DNA of 32,000 nt from positions 1,080,001 to 1,112,000 of the forward strand of contig NC_000917.1 in NCBI RefSeq assembly GCF_000008665.1, in the 5' to 3' direction. Below are positions 9,645 through 18,759 of the stretch, piece after piece. This DNA is from Archaeoglobus fulgidus DSM 4304. GTDB lineage: Archaea > Halobacteriota > Archaeoglobi > Archaeoglobales > Archaeoglobaceae. Both the position numbers and the translations under genes were made by a program. The notes beneath the pieces are model-generated. The model was not told the origin of the DNA. It saw nothing but the letters and a program-made list of their open reading frames with translations, and did not search any database. The stretch's first letter is position 1. Each line of letters starts with the position of its first letter.

Positions 9645-10396
9645 TATTTCACAAAATTTATGAGAACAAGCTGCTGAGGAGTGTAAGGAAGGGGGCGATT
9701 CCCCATCATATAGCCATCATTATGGATGGAAACAGAAGATTTGCGAGGAAAAAAGGTTTAGAGCCACATGAAGGGCATTTTTTTGGTTCTAAAAAAGCCG
9801 AAGAGGTTCTTGAGTGGTGCTGGGACCTGGGGGTTAAGATGCTAACCCTCTACGCCTTCTCAACCGAAAATTTCAGGAGAAGTGAGAAGGAAAAGAAAAA
9901 CATTTTCCAGCTGCTCGAAAGCGAGCTCAGGAGACTTCTAAAGGACAGGAGGACCTACGAGAGGGAGCTCAGAGTTAAGGTGGTCGGCAAGAGGGAGCTT
10001 TTGCCCGAAAACCTTCGAGAGACCATAAAGGAGGTTGAGGAAAGAACCAAAAAGCACAGAAGGCACTACCTCAACGTTGCCGTGGCCTACGGCGGGAGGC
10101 AGGAAATCATAGATGCCGTCAGAGCCATCTTAAGAAAGGTGAGAAAAGGGGAGGTCAGGCCGGAGGAGATTGACGAGAAAATGCTTGAGGAACATTTATA
10201 TGGTGAGGGGAGGTATTCTAAGGTTGACCTGATAATAAGGACGGGTGGTGAGCAGAGGCTCTCGAATTTCCTCCCTTGGCAGGCTGCGAACAGCGTCGCA
10301 TACTTCTGCGATGTTTACTGGCCTGAGTTCAGAAAGATAGACCTGCTCAGGGCGATAAGAGCCTGGCAGTACAGGAAGAGTCACGAGGTGGTGTGA
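9641..10396 (+). CDS. uppS: Isoprenyl (undecaprenyl-type) diphosphate synthase, cis-prenyltransferase
   Basis: HIAIIMDGNRRFARKKGL, TLYAFSTENFRRSEKE, DLIIRTGGEQRLSNFLPWQAANSVAYFCDVYWPEF. Confidence 0.96.
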   Translation: MIFHKIYENKLLRSVRKGAIPHHIAIIMDGNRRFARKKGLEPHEGHFFGSKKAEEVLEWCWDLGVKMLTLYAFSTENFRRSEKEKKNIFQLLESELRRLLKDRRTYERELRVKVVGKRELLPENLRETIKEVEERTKKHRRHYLNVAVAYGGRQEIIDAVRAILRKVRKGEVRPEEIDEKMLEEHLYGEGRYSKVDLIIRTGGEQRLSNFLPWQAANSVAYFCDVYWPEFRKIDLLRAIRAWQYRKSHEVV

Positions 10397-11619
10397 TGTC
10401 CCAGAAGATGATGTACGAGTTCAAGAGGAAGCTGGAGGAGCTTGAGAAGTACAAGGGTAGGGGTACCGAGCTCATTACATTATATATTCCTCCTGATAAA
10501 AATATTGCCGACGTTTCCAACCAGCTCAGAAGTGAACTGAGTCAGGCTTCGAATATAAAATCAAAGCAAACGAGAACAAACGTTCTTGCAGGTATAGAGG
10601 CAATTTTGAACCGATTGAAGCACTTCCGAAAACCTCCCGAAAACGGGATGGTTATCATAAGCGGTGTTGTCAACATAAACGGCAAGGAAAAGCACATTAC
10701 CGAAATAATTGAGCCTCCTGAGCCCGTTCCCCTTTACAAGTACCACTGCGACTCGAAGTTCTACCTCGACCCTCTCAAGGAGATGCTGACAGAGAAGAAG
10801 CTTTACGGGCTCATAGTCCTCGACCGAAGGGAGGCCACGGTGGGACTGCTTAAGGGCAAGAGGATAGAGGTCCTCGACTGGGACACGTCCATGGTTCCCG
10901 GAAAGCACAGGCAGGGAGGGCAGAGCAGCGTTAGATTTGAGAGGCTGAGGGAGATAGCAATTCACGAGTTCTACAAGAAAGTAGGAGAGATGGCCAGCGA
11001 GGCCTTGCTGCCTTACAAGGACAAGCTGATCGGAATCCTCATTGGAGGGCCATCCCCTACAAAGGAGGAATTCTACGAGGGTGAGTACCTGCACCACGAG
11101 TTGCAGAAAAAGGTGTTGGGGCTCTTCGACGTCGGCTACACAGACGAGTCCGGGCTGTATGAGCTTGTGGAGAAGGCGAAGGACGTTTTGCAGGAAGTTG
11201 ACATTATCAGAGAGAAGAACCTGATGCAGAGGTTCCTTAAAGAGGTCGCTAGGGATGGGTTAGCTGCTTACGGTGAGGAGGAGGTAAGGAGGTACATTGA
11301 GCTCGGCGCTGTTGACACGCTGCTGCTCTCCGAAGACCTCAGGTACGAGAGGGTCAAGTACCGATGCCCCAAGTGCGGCAAGGAGGTTGAGGTGACCGTG
11401 AGGGAGGGCATAGAAAAGCCACCCTTCTGCGAGGAGGACAACGTCGAGATGGAGGAGGTTGAGAGGAGGGACATCGTGCTTGAGCTCTCAGAGCTTGCGG
11501 AAAGCACAGGGGCGAAGGTCGAGTTCCTCTCGACAGAGAGCGAGGAGGGTGAGATGCTTTACAAAGCCTTTGGCGGAATAGCTGCAATTCTCAGATTCAA
11601 GCCGGACGGCGGTCAGTGA
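10396..11619 (+). CDS. prf1: Peptide chain release factor aRF1
   Basis: LITLYIPPDKNIADVSNQL, SNIKSKQTRTNV (NIKS-containing) and PGKHRQGGQSSVRFERLREI (GGQ motif). GTG at 10393 is immediately followed by ATG at 10396. Confidence 0.95.
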   Translation: MSQKMMYEFKRKLEELEKYKGRGTELITLYIPPDKNIADVSNQLRSELSQASNIKSKQTRTNVLAGIEAILNRLKHFRKPPENGMVIISGVVNINGKEKHITEIIEPPEPVPLYKYHCDSKFYLDPLKEMLTEKKLYGLIVLDRREATVGLLKGKRIEVLDWDTSMVPGKHRQGGQSSVRFERLREIAIHEFYKKVGEMASEALLPYKDKLIGILIGGPSPTKEEFYEGEYLHHELQKKVLGLFDVGYTDESGLYELVEKAKDVLQEVDIIREKNLMQRFLKEVARDGLAAYGEEEVRRYIELGAVDTLLLSEDLRYERVKYRCPKCGKEVEVTVREGIEKPPFCEEDNVEMEEVERRDIVLELSELAESTGAKVEFLSTESEEGEMLYKAFGGIAAILRFKPDGGQ

Positions 11620-11677
11620 CTAACAAGTGTCAGCAAAAATGGAAATCCTTTTATTTGCAAATTTGGCGCATAAGAGC

Positions 11678-11773
11678 ATGTTTGGAATGGAGCCGGTAAC
11701 GTTTGCGAGCATCGGTGTGACTGTTGGCGTTCAAATCGTTATTCTGTTAATCTGGGGCTTAAGCTGGAGGTGA
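11678..11773 (+). CDS. Small single-TM protein, 31 aa, upstream of and probably coupled to the symporter
   Basis: Translated by hand: MFGMEPVTFASIGVTVGVQIVILLIWGLSWR*. The TGA stop (11771-11773) lies in the GGAGGTGA Shine-Dalgarno of the TTG-initiated symporter at 11778. Not in the ORF track (below its size cut-off). Confidence 0.62.
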   Translation: MFGMEPVTFASIGVTVGVQIVILLIWGLSWR

Positions 11774-11777
11774 TTTT

Positions 11778-13298
11778 TTGTTAGCCGTAGCCGTATTCTT
11801 AGCCTATCTAATAGCCATAGCCATCATAGCCTACTACGGGGCAAAAAGGACGAAGACGGTGGCGGATTTTGTTGCAGCGAGCGGTCAGCTCGGATTCTGG
11901 ACGTACTGCCTACTGATGATCGGCAGCGTCTTCAGCGGAATGACTCTGATCGGCGTTGCTGGCCTGGCCTTCACCACAGGCTATGCGAACGTGTGGGAAA
12001 GGATAATTGGCCCGCCCTTTGCCATAGCCTTCGGAACGATTTTGATCGGTTACAAGCTGTTCAATCTCAAGGACAAAAATGGAATACTCACCATTCAGGA
12101 CTATCTCGCTTTTCGCTACGATGATCCGAAAATTATCAGAATTCTCGCCGGGTTGATTTCGGCGGTAACCTGCTTCGTATACCTGATTGGGCAGTACACG
12201 GCAATCGGTGTGGTCAGCTACGTCGTGCTTGGAATTCCCTACTGGCTGGGGGCAGTCATTGCGGCTGTAATCGTCGTTGCCTACGTCATGAGCGGAGGGA
12301 TGTTCTCCACGGCCTGGACAACCTTTCTGCAGTCCATTCTTATGCTGCTCGGCATTTACGTTACCGTTCCATTCATAATTGCCTGGGTTGGAGGGTTCGA
12401 GGCTATGAATCAGGCTCTGGCAGCGATGCCTGAAATACAGAACGCCACGAGAGGTGTGGCGGAGAACTTCATGTTTGCTAAGTATCTCAGCAAACCGTTC
12501 GCCCCCGCCTCAGTCCCACTCGCGGGCTGGGTTTACAACCTCACGCTCTTCGGTATAACTGTCCCACTCGGATTAATGGTCGCTCCGCACATCGTTAACA
12601 ACATGCTGACCTTCAGGAAAATCGAGTACACAAGGTGGGGACCGCTGGTAATGTACGTAATCGGCTTTTCGGCAATCTTTCTCACGGCCCTTGCGGGGAT
12701 GGCTGCGAGGGTTGCCTGGGCCAAAGGAATGATAGACATTCCCAGCCTTACCCTGGGGAGCATCGAGGTTAAGTGGTCGGACATGGCGTACCCGACAATA
12801 GCCAGCAAGGCCCTTCCCTACTGGCTTTTTGTCCTGCTTCTCCCAACAATTCTGGCGGGAGTGATGTCCACAACGGACAGGCTTATCCTAACTGCGGCGA
12901 ACAACATCAGCTACGACGTTTTGAGGAACGCCCTTGGTAAAAATCTGTCTGAAAATGCGCTGAAAAAGGTCAACATGCTCGTTGTGCCTTTAATTGGCTT
13001 TGGCTCCCTCCTGATAGCTCTGTTCCCTCAGCAGCTCCTTGCGTGGTTTATCTGGGCGGCTCTGTCACTCATGACGAACTGCTTCTTTTTCCCAATAATG
13101 CTGGGATTGTATTGGGACAGGATGACCAAAAACGCAGCAAGGCTGAGCATGATTGCGGGGTTTGTTGTAACTCTTGCAACCTTCGCAATCTACGGAAAGA
13201 CGATATACATAGCCGGCATTCCTGCATACTCTGTACTGCCGGGCTTTGTGGCCAGCTTCGTCTTAGCTGTCGGGGTTTCCCTGCTTGAAAAAGGTTAG
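11778..13298 (+). CDS. Sodium:solute symporter family permease (pantothenate/proline symporter-like)
   Basis: 506 aa, many TM segments. YAKRTKTVADFVAASGQLGFWTYCLLMIGSVFSGMTLIGVAGLAFTTGYA and LLPTILAGVMSTTDRLILTAANNISYDV are SSS-family hallmarks. TTG start with a strong SD. Confidence 0.88.
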   Translation: MLAVAVFLAYLIAIAIIAYYGAKRTKTVADFVAASGQLGFWTYCLLMIGSVFSGMTLIGVAGLAFTTGYANVWERIIGPPFAIAFGTILIGYKLFNLKDKNGILTIQDYLAFRYDDPKIIRILAGLISAVTCFVYLIGQYTAIGVVSYVVLGIPYWLGAVIAAVIVVAYVMSGGMFSTAWTTFLQSILMLLGIYVTVPFIIAWVGGFEAMNQALAAMPEIQNATRGVAENFMFAKYLSKPFAPASVPLAGWVYNLTLFGITVPLGLMVAPHIVNNMLTFRKIEYTRWGPLVMYVIGFSAIFLTALAGMAARVAWAKGMIDIPSLTLGSIEVKWSDMAYPTIASKALPYWLFVLLLPTILAGVMSTTDRLILTAANNISYDVLRNALGKNLSENALKKVNMLVVPLIGFGSLLIALFPQQLLAWFIWAALSLMTNCFFFPIMLGLYWDRMTKNAARLSMIAGFVVTLATFAIYGKTIYIAGIPAYSVLPGFVASFVLAVGVSLLEKG

Positions 13299-14090
13299 GG
13301 CAATTCCGGAAAGGATGACGAACATGTATGCGTAAGCCTGAGTTTCAAGGGTTTGGTTCAGGAAAATTGCAGCGAGGGCTGTAGCACCAACGGCCTCCCC
13401 TATAACGCTTGCCGTGACGGGCAGAACTTCCATCTGCCTTAGGAGGTAGTTGAGCAGGGAGTGGCCTACCAGCATCGGAATTAGCGCCATGAGCGCGAGG
13501 TAAATCCAGGTGCTGGCAGGGTAGCCGAAAATCGGTTGAGAGGTTAGAAGGCACGCTAATAGCGAAAAAACTGCCGCTGAGGAGTAGGTCACGATGAGGT
13601 AGGATGGAAAGTCAACGCTCCTTGCAAATCTTGCGGATGCGAAGTAGTATCCGCCTGCAATCGCACCGGCAAGGGCCAGCAGTATTCCGTACAAGTCAGC
13701 CCTCGCATCGGCACCGCTTAGAAGGTAAACGCCAACCATCGCAATGAGCACACCTGCAATCTGATTGGGTCTGGGCTTTTCTCCCCAGAGATACGCAAAA
13801 AGTCCGGAAAAGAGGGAGTGCGTGCAGACTATAGTAGTGCTTACAGCAATTGAGGCGTGGAAGAGTGACTCTATCCAGAAGGAAAAGTGGAGGGCAAGGG
13901 CAAGTCCCGCGAGAACGGACATTCTCGACATCACTATCTTCCTGGGCCTGTAAATTAACAGGAGAAAGGGTATGGAGAGGGTAAGCCTCCAGAAAGCGGC
14001 GACGACTCCAGGGACAGAAGCGAGGAATGCAAATATTGCTGCGGAGGATACGGCGAGAACGGCCGTGAATAAAAGAAGGTAGTTGAGCAT
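13263..14090 (-). CDS. DMT/EamA-family transporter
   Basis: 275 aa. GVVAAFWRLTLSIPFLLL, HFSFWIESLFHASIAVSTTIVCTHSLFSGLFAYLWGEKPRPNQIAGVLIAMVGVYLL. Confidence 0.88.
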   Translation of the reverse strand: MLNYLLLFTAVLAVSSAAIFAFLASVPGVVAAFWRLTLSIPFLLLIYRPRKIVMSRMSVLAGLALALHFSFWIESLFHASIAVSTTIVCTHSLFSGLFAYLWGEKPRPNQIAGVLIAMVGVYLLSGADARADLYGILLALAGAIAGGYYFASARFARSVDFPSYLIVTYSSAAVFSLLACLLTSQPIFGYPASTWIYLALMALIPMLVGHSLLNYLLRQMEVLPVTASVIGEAVGATALAAIFLNQTLETQAYAYMFVILSGIALTFFKQGNPDS

Positions 14091-14638
14091 TAAAACACCA
14101 GTCCGCTAAGCCTTTCAAGCTCCTCCTTCATTTTCCTTGCTCTTTCCCTTGTTCTCTCCGTCAGCCATCGCATCTCCGGGTTCTTTCTGTCAATCTCCTC
14201 AAGTCTCCTCATGAATTCCTCGAACGTGCCCTCCCTAACCCCCATCGCGAGATTGTCGGCAAAGCTGACTATCTTCTCTTCAAGCGTTTCTGGCATGTAG
14301 TTTTTCGGTATAAGGCCGAGCTTGCTGGCTTCCTCCGCATTTATGCCCGCGCTGAAGTGTCTTTCCGCGATTCTTACAATCTTCTCGTCAACCCCCTCCT
14401 TCCTCAGTATTTCGGCGGATTTTATGAAGTGCTGGAACGGATCATGAGTTATCGCTCTGCCAATGTCGTGAAGAAGCGCTCCTTTTAAAACCGCATCCAT
14501 GTCAACTTCGTGACCCTTTTTGCGGATATTCTCGGCAATCTTCATCGCAACTCTTGCCACAGTGAGGCAGTGCCTCCTAACACTCTCGTCGAGTTTGTAT
14601 TTATCCCACAACCTCTGGACGTCCTCAGGTACATCCAT
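14090..14638 (-). CDS. HD-domain protein (HDIG type)
   Basis: VRRHCLTVARVAMKIAENI..GALLHDIGRAITHDPFQHFIKSAEILRKEGVDEKIVRIAERHF. Confidence 0.88.
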   Translation of the reverse strand: MDVPEDVQRLWDKYKLDESVRRHCLTVARVAMKIAENIRKKGHEVDMDAVLKGALLHDIGRAITHDPFQHFIKSAEILRKEGVDEKIVRIAERHFSAGINAEEASKLGLIPKNYMPETLEEKIVSFADNLAMGVREGTFEEFMRRLEEIDRKNPEMRWLTERTRERARKMKEELERLSGLVF

Positions 14639-14689
14639 CGAGGGGAGTGGGAAAATGGTTTATTTAAGGTTTAACAAAAAAATGAGAAA

Positions 14690-15328
14690 TCACTCCTTCC
14701 TCGCTACAAACACGAGGGCAACGAAAGAGCCTACGAACAGGGATACCATGAAGAACGTTGCAAGCCTGTAAATGCTGCTCTGCCTGTTCAACTCCCTGAT
14801 TTTCTCCTCTAACTCATCCAAGTCACTCTTTTTCTTCTGGAGCTCCGTTTTTGCTCTCTCAAGCTTCTTCTGAAGTTCTTCTATCTGCTGCTTTTGCAAC
14901 TCGTTCTGGATTCCAAGCATTTTCGCTTTATTCTGCAGGTCTTCAAGCTGTGATTTCAGCGTTTCTATTTGCTCCTGCGAAATCTTCAGTTTCTCCTTGA
15001 GACTTTCAACCTCCTTTTGCAAAGCAAGGTTCTCCTTTTCCAAACTTGCAGCGTAAGCCTGGTAGTCAATGGTGGTTTCATTTACATCGATCTGTGCAAG
15101 AACGCTTCCGTCAGCGTACACCTCTTTCAGCCCCGGAGTGCAGTTTATACCTATCTTTACTTCATACTCCCCCGGTGTGGCGTTGATGGACGGCTGGAGA
15201 TTGTCCACGAAGTACATGCAGCTATCGCCGACTGTTAGCGTCGCCGTATCCGTTACGTTGACGCTGACAATATCTCCCGGAGAAGCTTGGAGAGTTAAAA
15301 GGACGAGCAGGGCGACAAGAGGAATCAT
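14690..15328 (-). CDS. Predicted exported coiled-coil protein with C-terminal TM anchor
   Basis: N-terminal hydrophobic segment (MIPLVALLVLLTLQASPG), long heptad-like region (LEKENLALQKEVESLKEKLKISQEQIETLKSQLEDL...), C-terminal TM (YRLATFFMVSLFVGSFVALVFVARKE). Confidence 0.75.
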   Translation of the reverse strand: MIPLVALLVLLTLQASPGDIVSVNVTDTATLTVGDSCMYFVDNLQPSINATPGEYEVKIGINCTPGLKEVYADGSVLAQIDVNETTIDYQAYAASLEKENLALQKEVESLKEKLKISQEQIETLKSQLEDLQNKAKMLGIQNELQKQQIEELQKKLERAKTELQKKKSDLDELEEKIRELNRQSSIYRLATFFMVSLFVGSFVALVFVARKE

Positions 15329-15831
15329 ATTATCCCCTCCAAAACCATGTTTACCTCCTCGCCAATCCTCTCTATCTCTCTCTTTGAAATGTCCCTGGCA
15401 ACTCTCGCGTGAAGCAGGACATCTGGGTTAACCTGCATCACGAGAACTCTGGTGTTCTCCCCGCTTAGAAGAATTCTGCTTGAGTTTAACATCCCTTTTC
15501 CGACTTTAATGAGTTCCGGCGCTATTGCAGCATCTTCCTCTGGTGTGGGGCTGTTTGAGGCTATTGGAAGGCCATCGGGTGTTAGCAGAGTAACGTCGCT
15601 GAGCATGTACTTGTTGCAGAGGTAGTCAACGAATTCCGACAGGTCAGATGGGGGTTTCTCCATTTTTGTCTCCAACTTTGGCTCTACTGAAGAAGTTACG
15701 TTGGATATCTTTGCCCTCATTACCTCCTCCTCTTTGGCCTTTTCCTCCTTCAGCGCGTAGTTCAGATATGCCCATGTAACGCCAAAACCGAGCAACCCGC
15801 CCGAAACTACTGCGAGAACCTCGTACACCAT
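15325..15831 (-). CDS. Membrane-anchored roadblock/LC7-like protein
   Basis: N-terminal TM (VLAVVSGGLLGFGVTWAYLNYAL), then a domain (SDVTLLTPDGLPIASNS...APELIKVGKGML...TRVLVMQVNPDVLLHARVARDISKREIERIGEEVNMVLEG) resembling roadblock/LC7. Domain call is by eye. Confidence 0.6.
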   Translation of the reverse strand: MVYEVLAVVSGGLLGFGVTWAYLNYALKEEKAKEEEVMRAKISNVTSSVEPKLETKMEKPPSDLSEFVDYLCNKYMLSDVTLLTPDGLPIASNSPTPEEDAAIAPELIKVGKGMLNSSRILLSGENTRVLVMQVNPDVLLHARVARDISKREIERIGEEVNMVLEGII

Positions 15832-15835
15832 ACCA

Positions 15836-16168
15836 TCACCTTAAAAATTTTGCAATCCCATCCAGATCAGCTTTCTCAAGCTGCTCCGCAAACTCAAATG
15901 CCTCCTCGATAGAAGAGAGGTCAACCTTCTTTGCCTCCTTTGCAACTCTTCTTAGGAGAATTTTTGCCGCTCCTATGTGTTTCCTGTCAACCTCGACGAG
16001 TCCTGAAACGCTGTTGCTCTCGAAGTACAGAGCTTCGCCGTTGAGGATGAGCACGGCATTTTTGAACTCGTTTTCAATCAAAATTGAGAACAGCTCCCTG
16101 TATTCCGCTGGAACGTCTCCGTGCTCCCTCAGCTCTTCACCCGTTTTAAGGAGATAGGATTTTATCAT
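15836..16168 (-). CDS. Hypothetical small cytosolic protein in the RND-permease cluster
   Basis: 110 aa, overlaps the start of the upstream gene. No confident family. Confidence 0.65.
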   Translation of the reverse strand: MIKSYLLKTGEELREHGDVPAEYRELFSILIENEFKNAVLILNGEALYFESNSVSGLVEVDRKHIGAAKILLRRVAKEAKKVDLSSIEEAFEFAEQLEKADLDGIAKFLR

Positions 16169-16448
16169 AAACCTCTACCTCCACCTTCCTAAGCTCGCTC
16201 ATTACGTTATCCGACCTTGCAGGAAAGCAGATGAAAACCTCACCATGCTTTATCGCAATTATTCTTCCACCTTCATGCTCAAAAAACCCAACTTTGAATT
16301 TTTCGGGTAAGAAGGGTATTACTTTTGCTATTTTTTCAATCAGCTTCACCTCCTCATCGCTGAGAAGGTAGCTTTCGATAATTTCACCATCCTTTACTAA
16401 GCATGAACCTGTGCCTAATACAGAGTAAATTTTTTCCAACATTAACAA
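16146..16448 (-). CDS. Small protein, possibly roadblock/LC7-like
   Basis: 100 aa. MLEKIYSVLGTGSCLVKDGEIIESYLLSDEEV..EKFKVGFFEHEGGRIIAIKHGEVFICFPARSD has a beta-hairpin/helix pattern like roadblock proteins. Weak family call. Confidence 0.6.
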   Translation of the reverse strand: MLMLEKIYSVLGTGSCLVKDGEIIESYLLSDEEVKLIEKIAKVIPFLPEKFKVGFFEHEGGRIIAIKHGEVFICFPARSDNVMSELRKVEVEVYDKILSP

Positions 16449-16490
16449 AAAATGTGATAAAAAGTATTTAAATTTTCCTCATACTCATGC

Positions 16491-18743
16491 TCATGTGGTA
16501 TTTTTGATGTTGTTTATTGCAGCCGAAATTCTGGCCTCTATTCCCTCAGTGAGCATCAGGAAGGCTGGAACCACTGTTAGTGCTGCCAGAAGCGAAAACA
16601 GGATTGCCACGAGGGCAATGAAGCCGAAGTTCTGCATTATCGGGAAGGTTGAGAACATCAGCGAGCCAAATCCACCTGCCATCGTCAACGCTGAGGTTGT
16701 TATGGCCTTTCCAGTCCTTTCAATGGTTCTTCTCACCGCCTCAACTGGAGAAAATGCTGCTCTCTCCTCGAAGTACCTCTCAAGGACGTGGATGGAGAAG
16801 TCTATGCCAAGGCCGAGAGTGATGGAGTTCAGGGCGATGCTTATCATCGTCTGCTTTGTTCCCGTCAGAAACATGATGGTGTTCATCGCACCTATTACGG
16901 AGGTGATGGCTATCAGAGGAACAACAGCCTTTCTTATGGAGCGATAAACTGCGAGGAGAAGCATGATAATTAAAGCGTAAGCAACAACAGTCATCGTGGT
17001 CTGGCCTGAGGTCATGAGCCTTCCCATTTCCCCGTAAATGACGGGGCCACCCGTAACGTAGTATCCCCCACTCCAGCCGAAGAACTCAACATCCCTGACA
17101 ATGCTTTTGTGGGTTGAGATGTACTCATCCTGACTGTCAGCGTTTGAGGAGAAGTGAACCGCTATCTGCCCCCCTGAGATGTACCTGCTAACCTCCTCCT
17201 GTGGTAAGGCGGAGAGAATTTGCATTAGCTCGGCATCGCTTTCTGGCAGACCTTCAAAACCGTAGGCCTTTCTAACTTCAGAAATGAGCTTTGTTATGGA
17301 GCTGTAGTCGTAAATGAGCTCCTCCTTTTCGACAATGTACTTTGAGAGCTCGTCTATCTCCTTCAGAGTTTCAGCGTTTAGCTCATCAACTTCCAGAACG
17401 AGAGTGTAGGTTGCCTGCCCCCCGACGAGTCTTTCAATCTCCTTAAACCTCTGCATCGCCGTCAAATCCTGCGGAACGTACTTGTTGTAGTTCGTCTCAA
17501 GGCCAATTTGGGGGGCTGCGTAAAGTCCAAAGAGAACGATGATGGATGCAGCAACAAGTATTCCCACAGGCCTTGTGGCTGTAAGAGTTGAGATTGCGGA
17601 CAAGCTCCTCTCCAGCGTGCCAACAGACTTCTCTTCTTCCCTCTTCTGCTCCTTGGCATCATTCCAGTGGTCTATTAGCTTCAGAACGGCAGGAAGGAAG
17701 GTCAGGGTTAGGAGGTAGGCAACGATGAGGCCGAGAGAGGATATGATGCCGAACTGGGCCATAGCGGGCATTCCGGGAGCGAGCATGGACATGAAGCCTA
17801 TAACTGTGGTTATTAGCGCCATCACAATTGCCAGTCCAGTTCTCGTGATGGATATCACAACTGCATCGTCAACATCACGCCCCTCCCTCCTCTCTTCCTC
17901 GTAGCGGTTCTGAAGCTGCGCTCCGTACTCAATGGCAAGGCCGATGAGCATGGGCAACGCTCCGTTGGTGTGCTCCGAAAGAGGGATGCCGAGGATGGGC
18001 ATGAGACCGTAAACAACGGTGACGGACATTACTGAAATTACGAGTGGCAGAAAGGCGGTGTACTTCTTCCTCACAGCACCGCTGAAAGTTAGGAAGAGGA
18101 GCAGAACCATCAGAATTATCGAGACCATCATTGTGATGCCAAAGCTTTTGCCAATCTCCCTCTCAATCTGGTAGCTCAATGCTGGCCCACCGGTGAGCTG
18201 AAGAACGAGGCCGTGGGGTGGGTTCGTGAAGCTTATGACCTTCTCCACCTCAATGGCAATCTCCTCCTGTTTTGTATCATCCGCCGTGCCGAGCTGTATA
18301 ATCATCATGGCGAGGGTTGGCTTTGGAACGAGGTCAGAAGCATAGAGGCTTGTGGCGATGGAGATTTTGGACTCATCTGACGGCAGACCACCGTAAAGAG
18401 AAGAGACGATTGAAGCTGGCGATACAACGCTGCTGACACCCTCAATTTCCTCTATTCTTTTTTGAAGGTCGAGGAGGTACTGGTAAACTTCCGAATTTAC
18501 CACGTCGTCTCCCTTAATTAAAACAAAGAGCTGGTCTGCGCCAACACCAAAGTCCTTCTGGTAGAGCTTGTACTGTCTGTAGATGACATTGTCCTTGCTG
18601 AACATCGATTCGGTGCCTGAAGTAAGGCCGACATTCTGTGCTGAGAAGGCGGAGAGAATTAAAATTATGGAGATGATGGAAATGACGAATCCCGGCCTTC
18701 TGGCTATGAACCTCGCAACTCTGTCCAGCAGCTCTGCGAACAT
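16491..18743 (-). CDS. RND superfamily exporter (MMPL/HpnN-like)
   Basis: 750 aa with two large extracytoplasmic loops. TGGPALSYQIEREIGKSFGITMMVSIILMVLLLFLTF, LPMLIGLAIEYGAQLQNRYEEERREG and LNSITLGLGIDFSIHVLERYFEER are duplicated TM4-type motifs. Confidence 0.92.
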   Translation of the reverse strand: MFAELLDRVARFIARRPGFVISIISIILILSAFSAQNVGLTSGTESMFSKDNVIYRQYKLYQKDFGVGADQLFVLIKGDDVVNSEVYQYLLDLQKRIEEIEGVSSVVSPASIVSSLYGGLPSDESKISIATSLYASDLVPKPTLAMMIIQLGTADDTKQEEIAIEVEKVISFTNPPHGLVLQLTGGPALSYQIEREIGKSFGITMMVSIILMVLLLFLTFSGAVRKKYTAFLPLVISVMSVTVVYGLMPILGIPLSEHTNGALPMLIGLAIEYGAQLQNRYEEERREGRDVDDAVVISITRTGLAIVMALITTVIGFMSMLAPGMPAMAQFGIISSLGLIVAYLLTLTFLPAVLKLIDHWNDAKEQKREEEKSVGTLERSLSAISTLTATRPVGILVAASIIVLFGLYAAPQIGLETNYNKYVPQDLTAMQRFKEIERLVGGQATYTLVLEVDELNAETLKEIDELSKYIVEKEELIYDYSSITKLISEVRKAYGFEGLPESDAELMQILSALPQEEVSRYISGGQIAVHFSSNADSQDEYISTHKSIVRDVEFFGWSGGYYVTGGPVIYGEMGRLMTSGQTTMTVVAYALIIMLLLAVYRSIRKAVVPLIAITSVIGAMNTIMFLTGTKQTMISIALNSITLGLGIDFSIHVLERYFEERAAFSPVEAVRRTIERTGKAITTSALTMAGGFGSLMFSTFPIMQNFGFIALVAILFSLLAALTVVPAFLMLTEGIEARISAAINNIKNTT

Positions 18744-18759
18744 CCCTTACCTCCACCGC

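Noticed and set aside
10396-11619. HRQGGQ context in aRF1 as an unusual GGQ variant
   Set aside because: The catalytic GGQ is intact and flanking variation is expected among archaeal aRF1 proteins.
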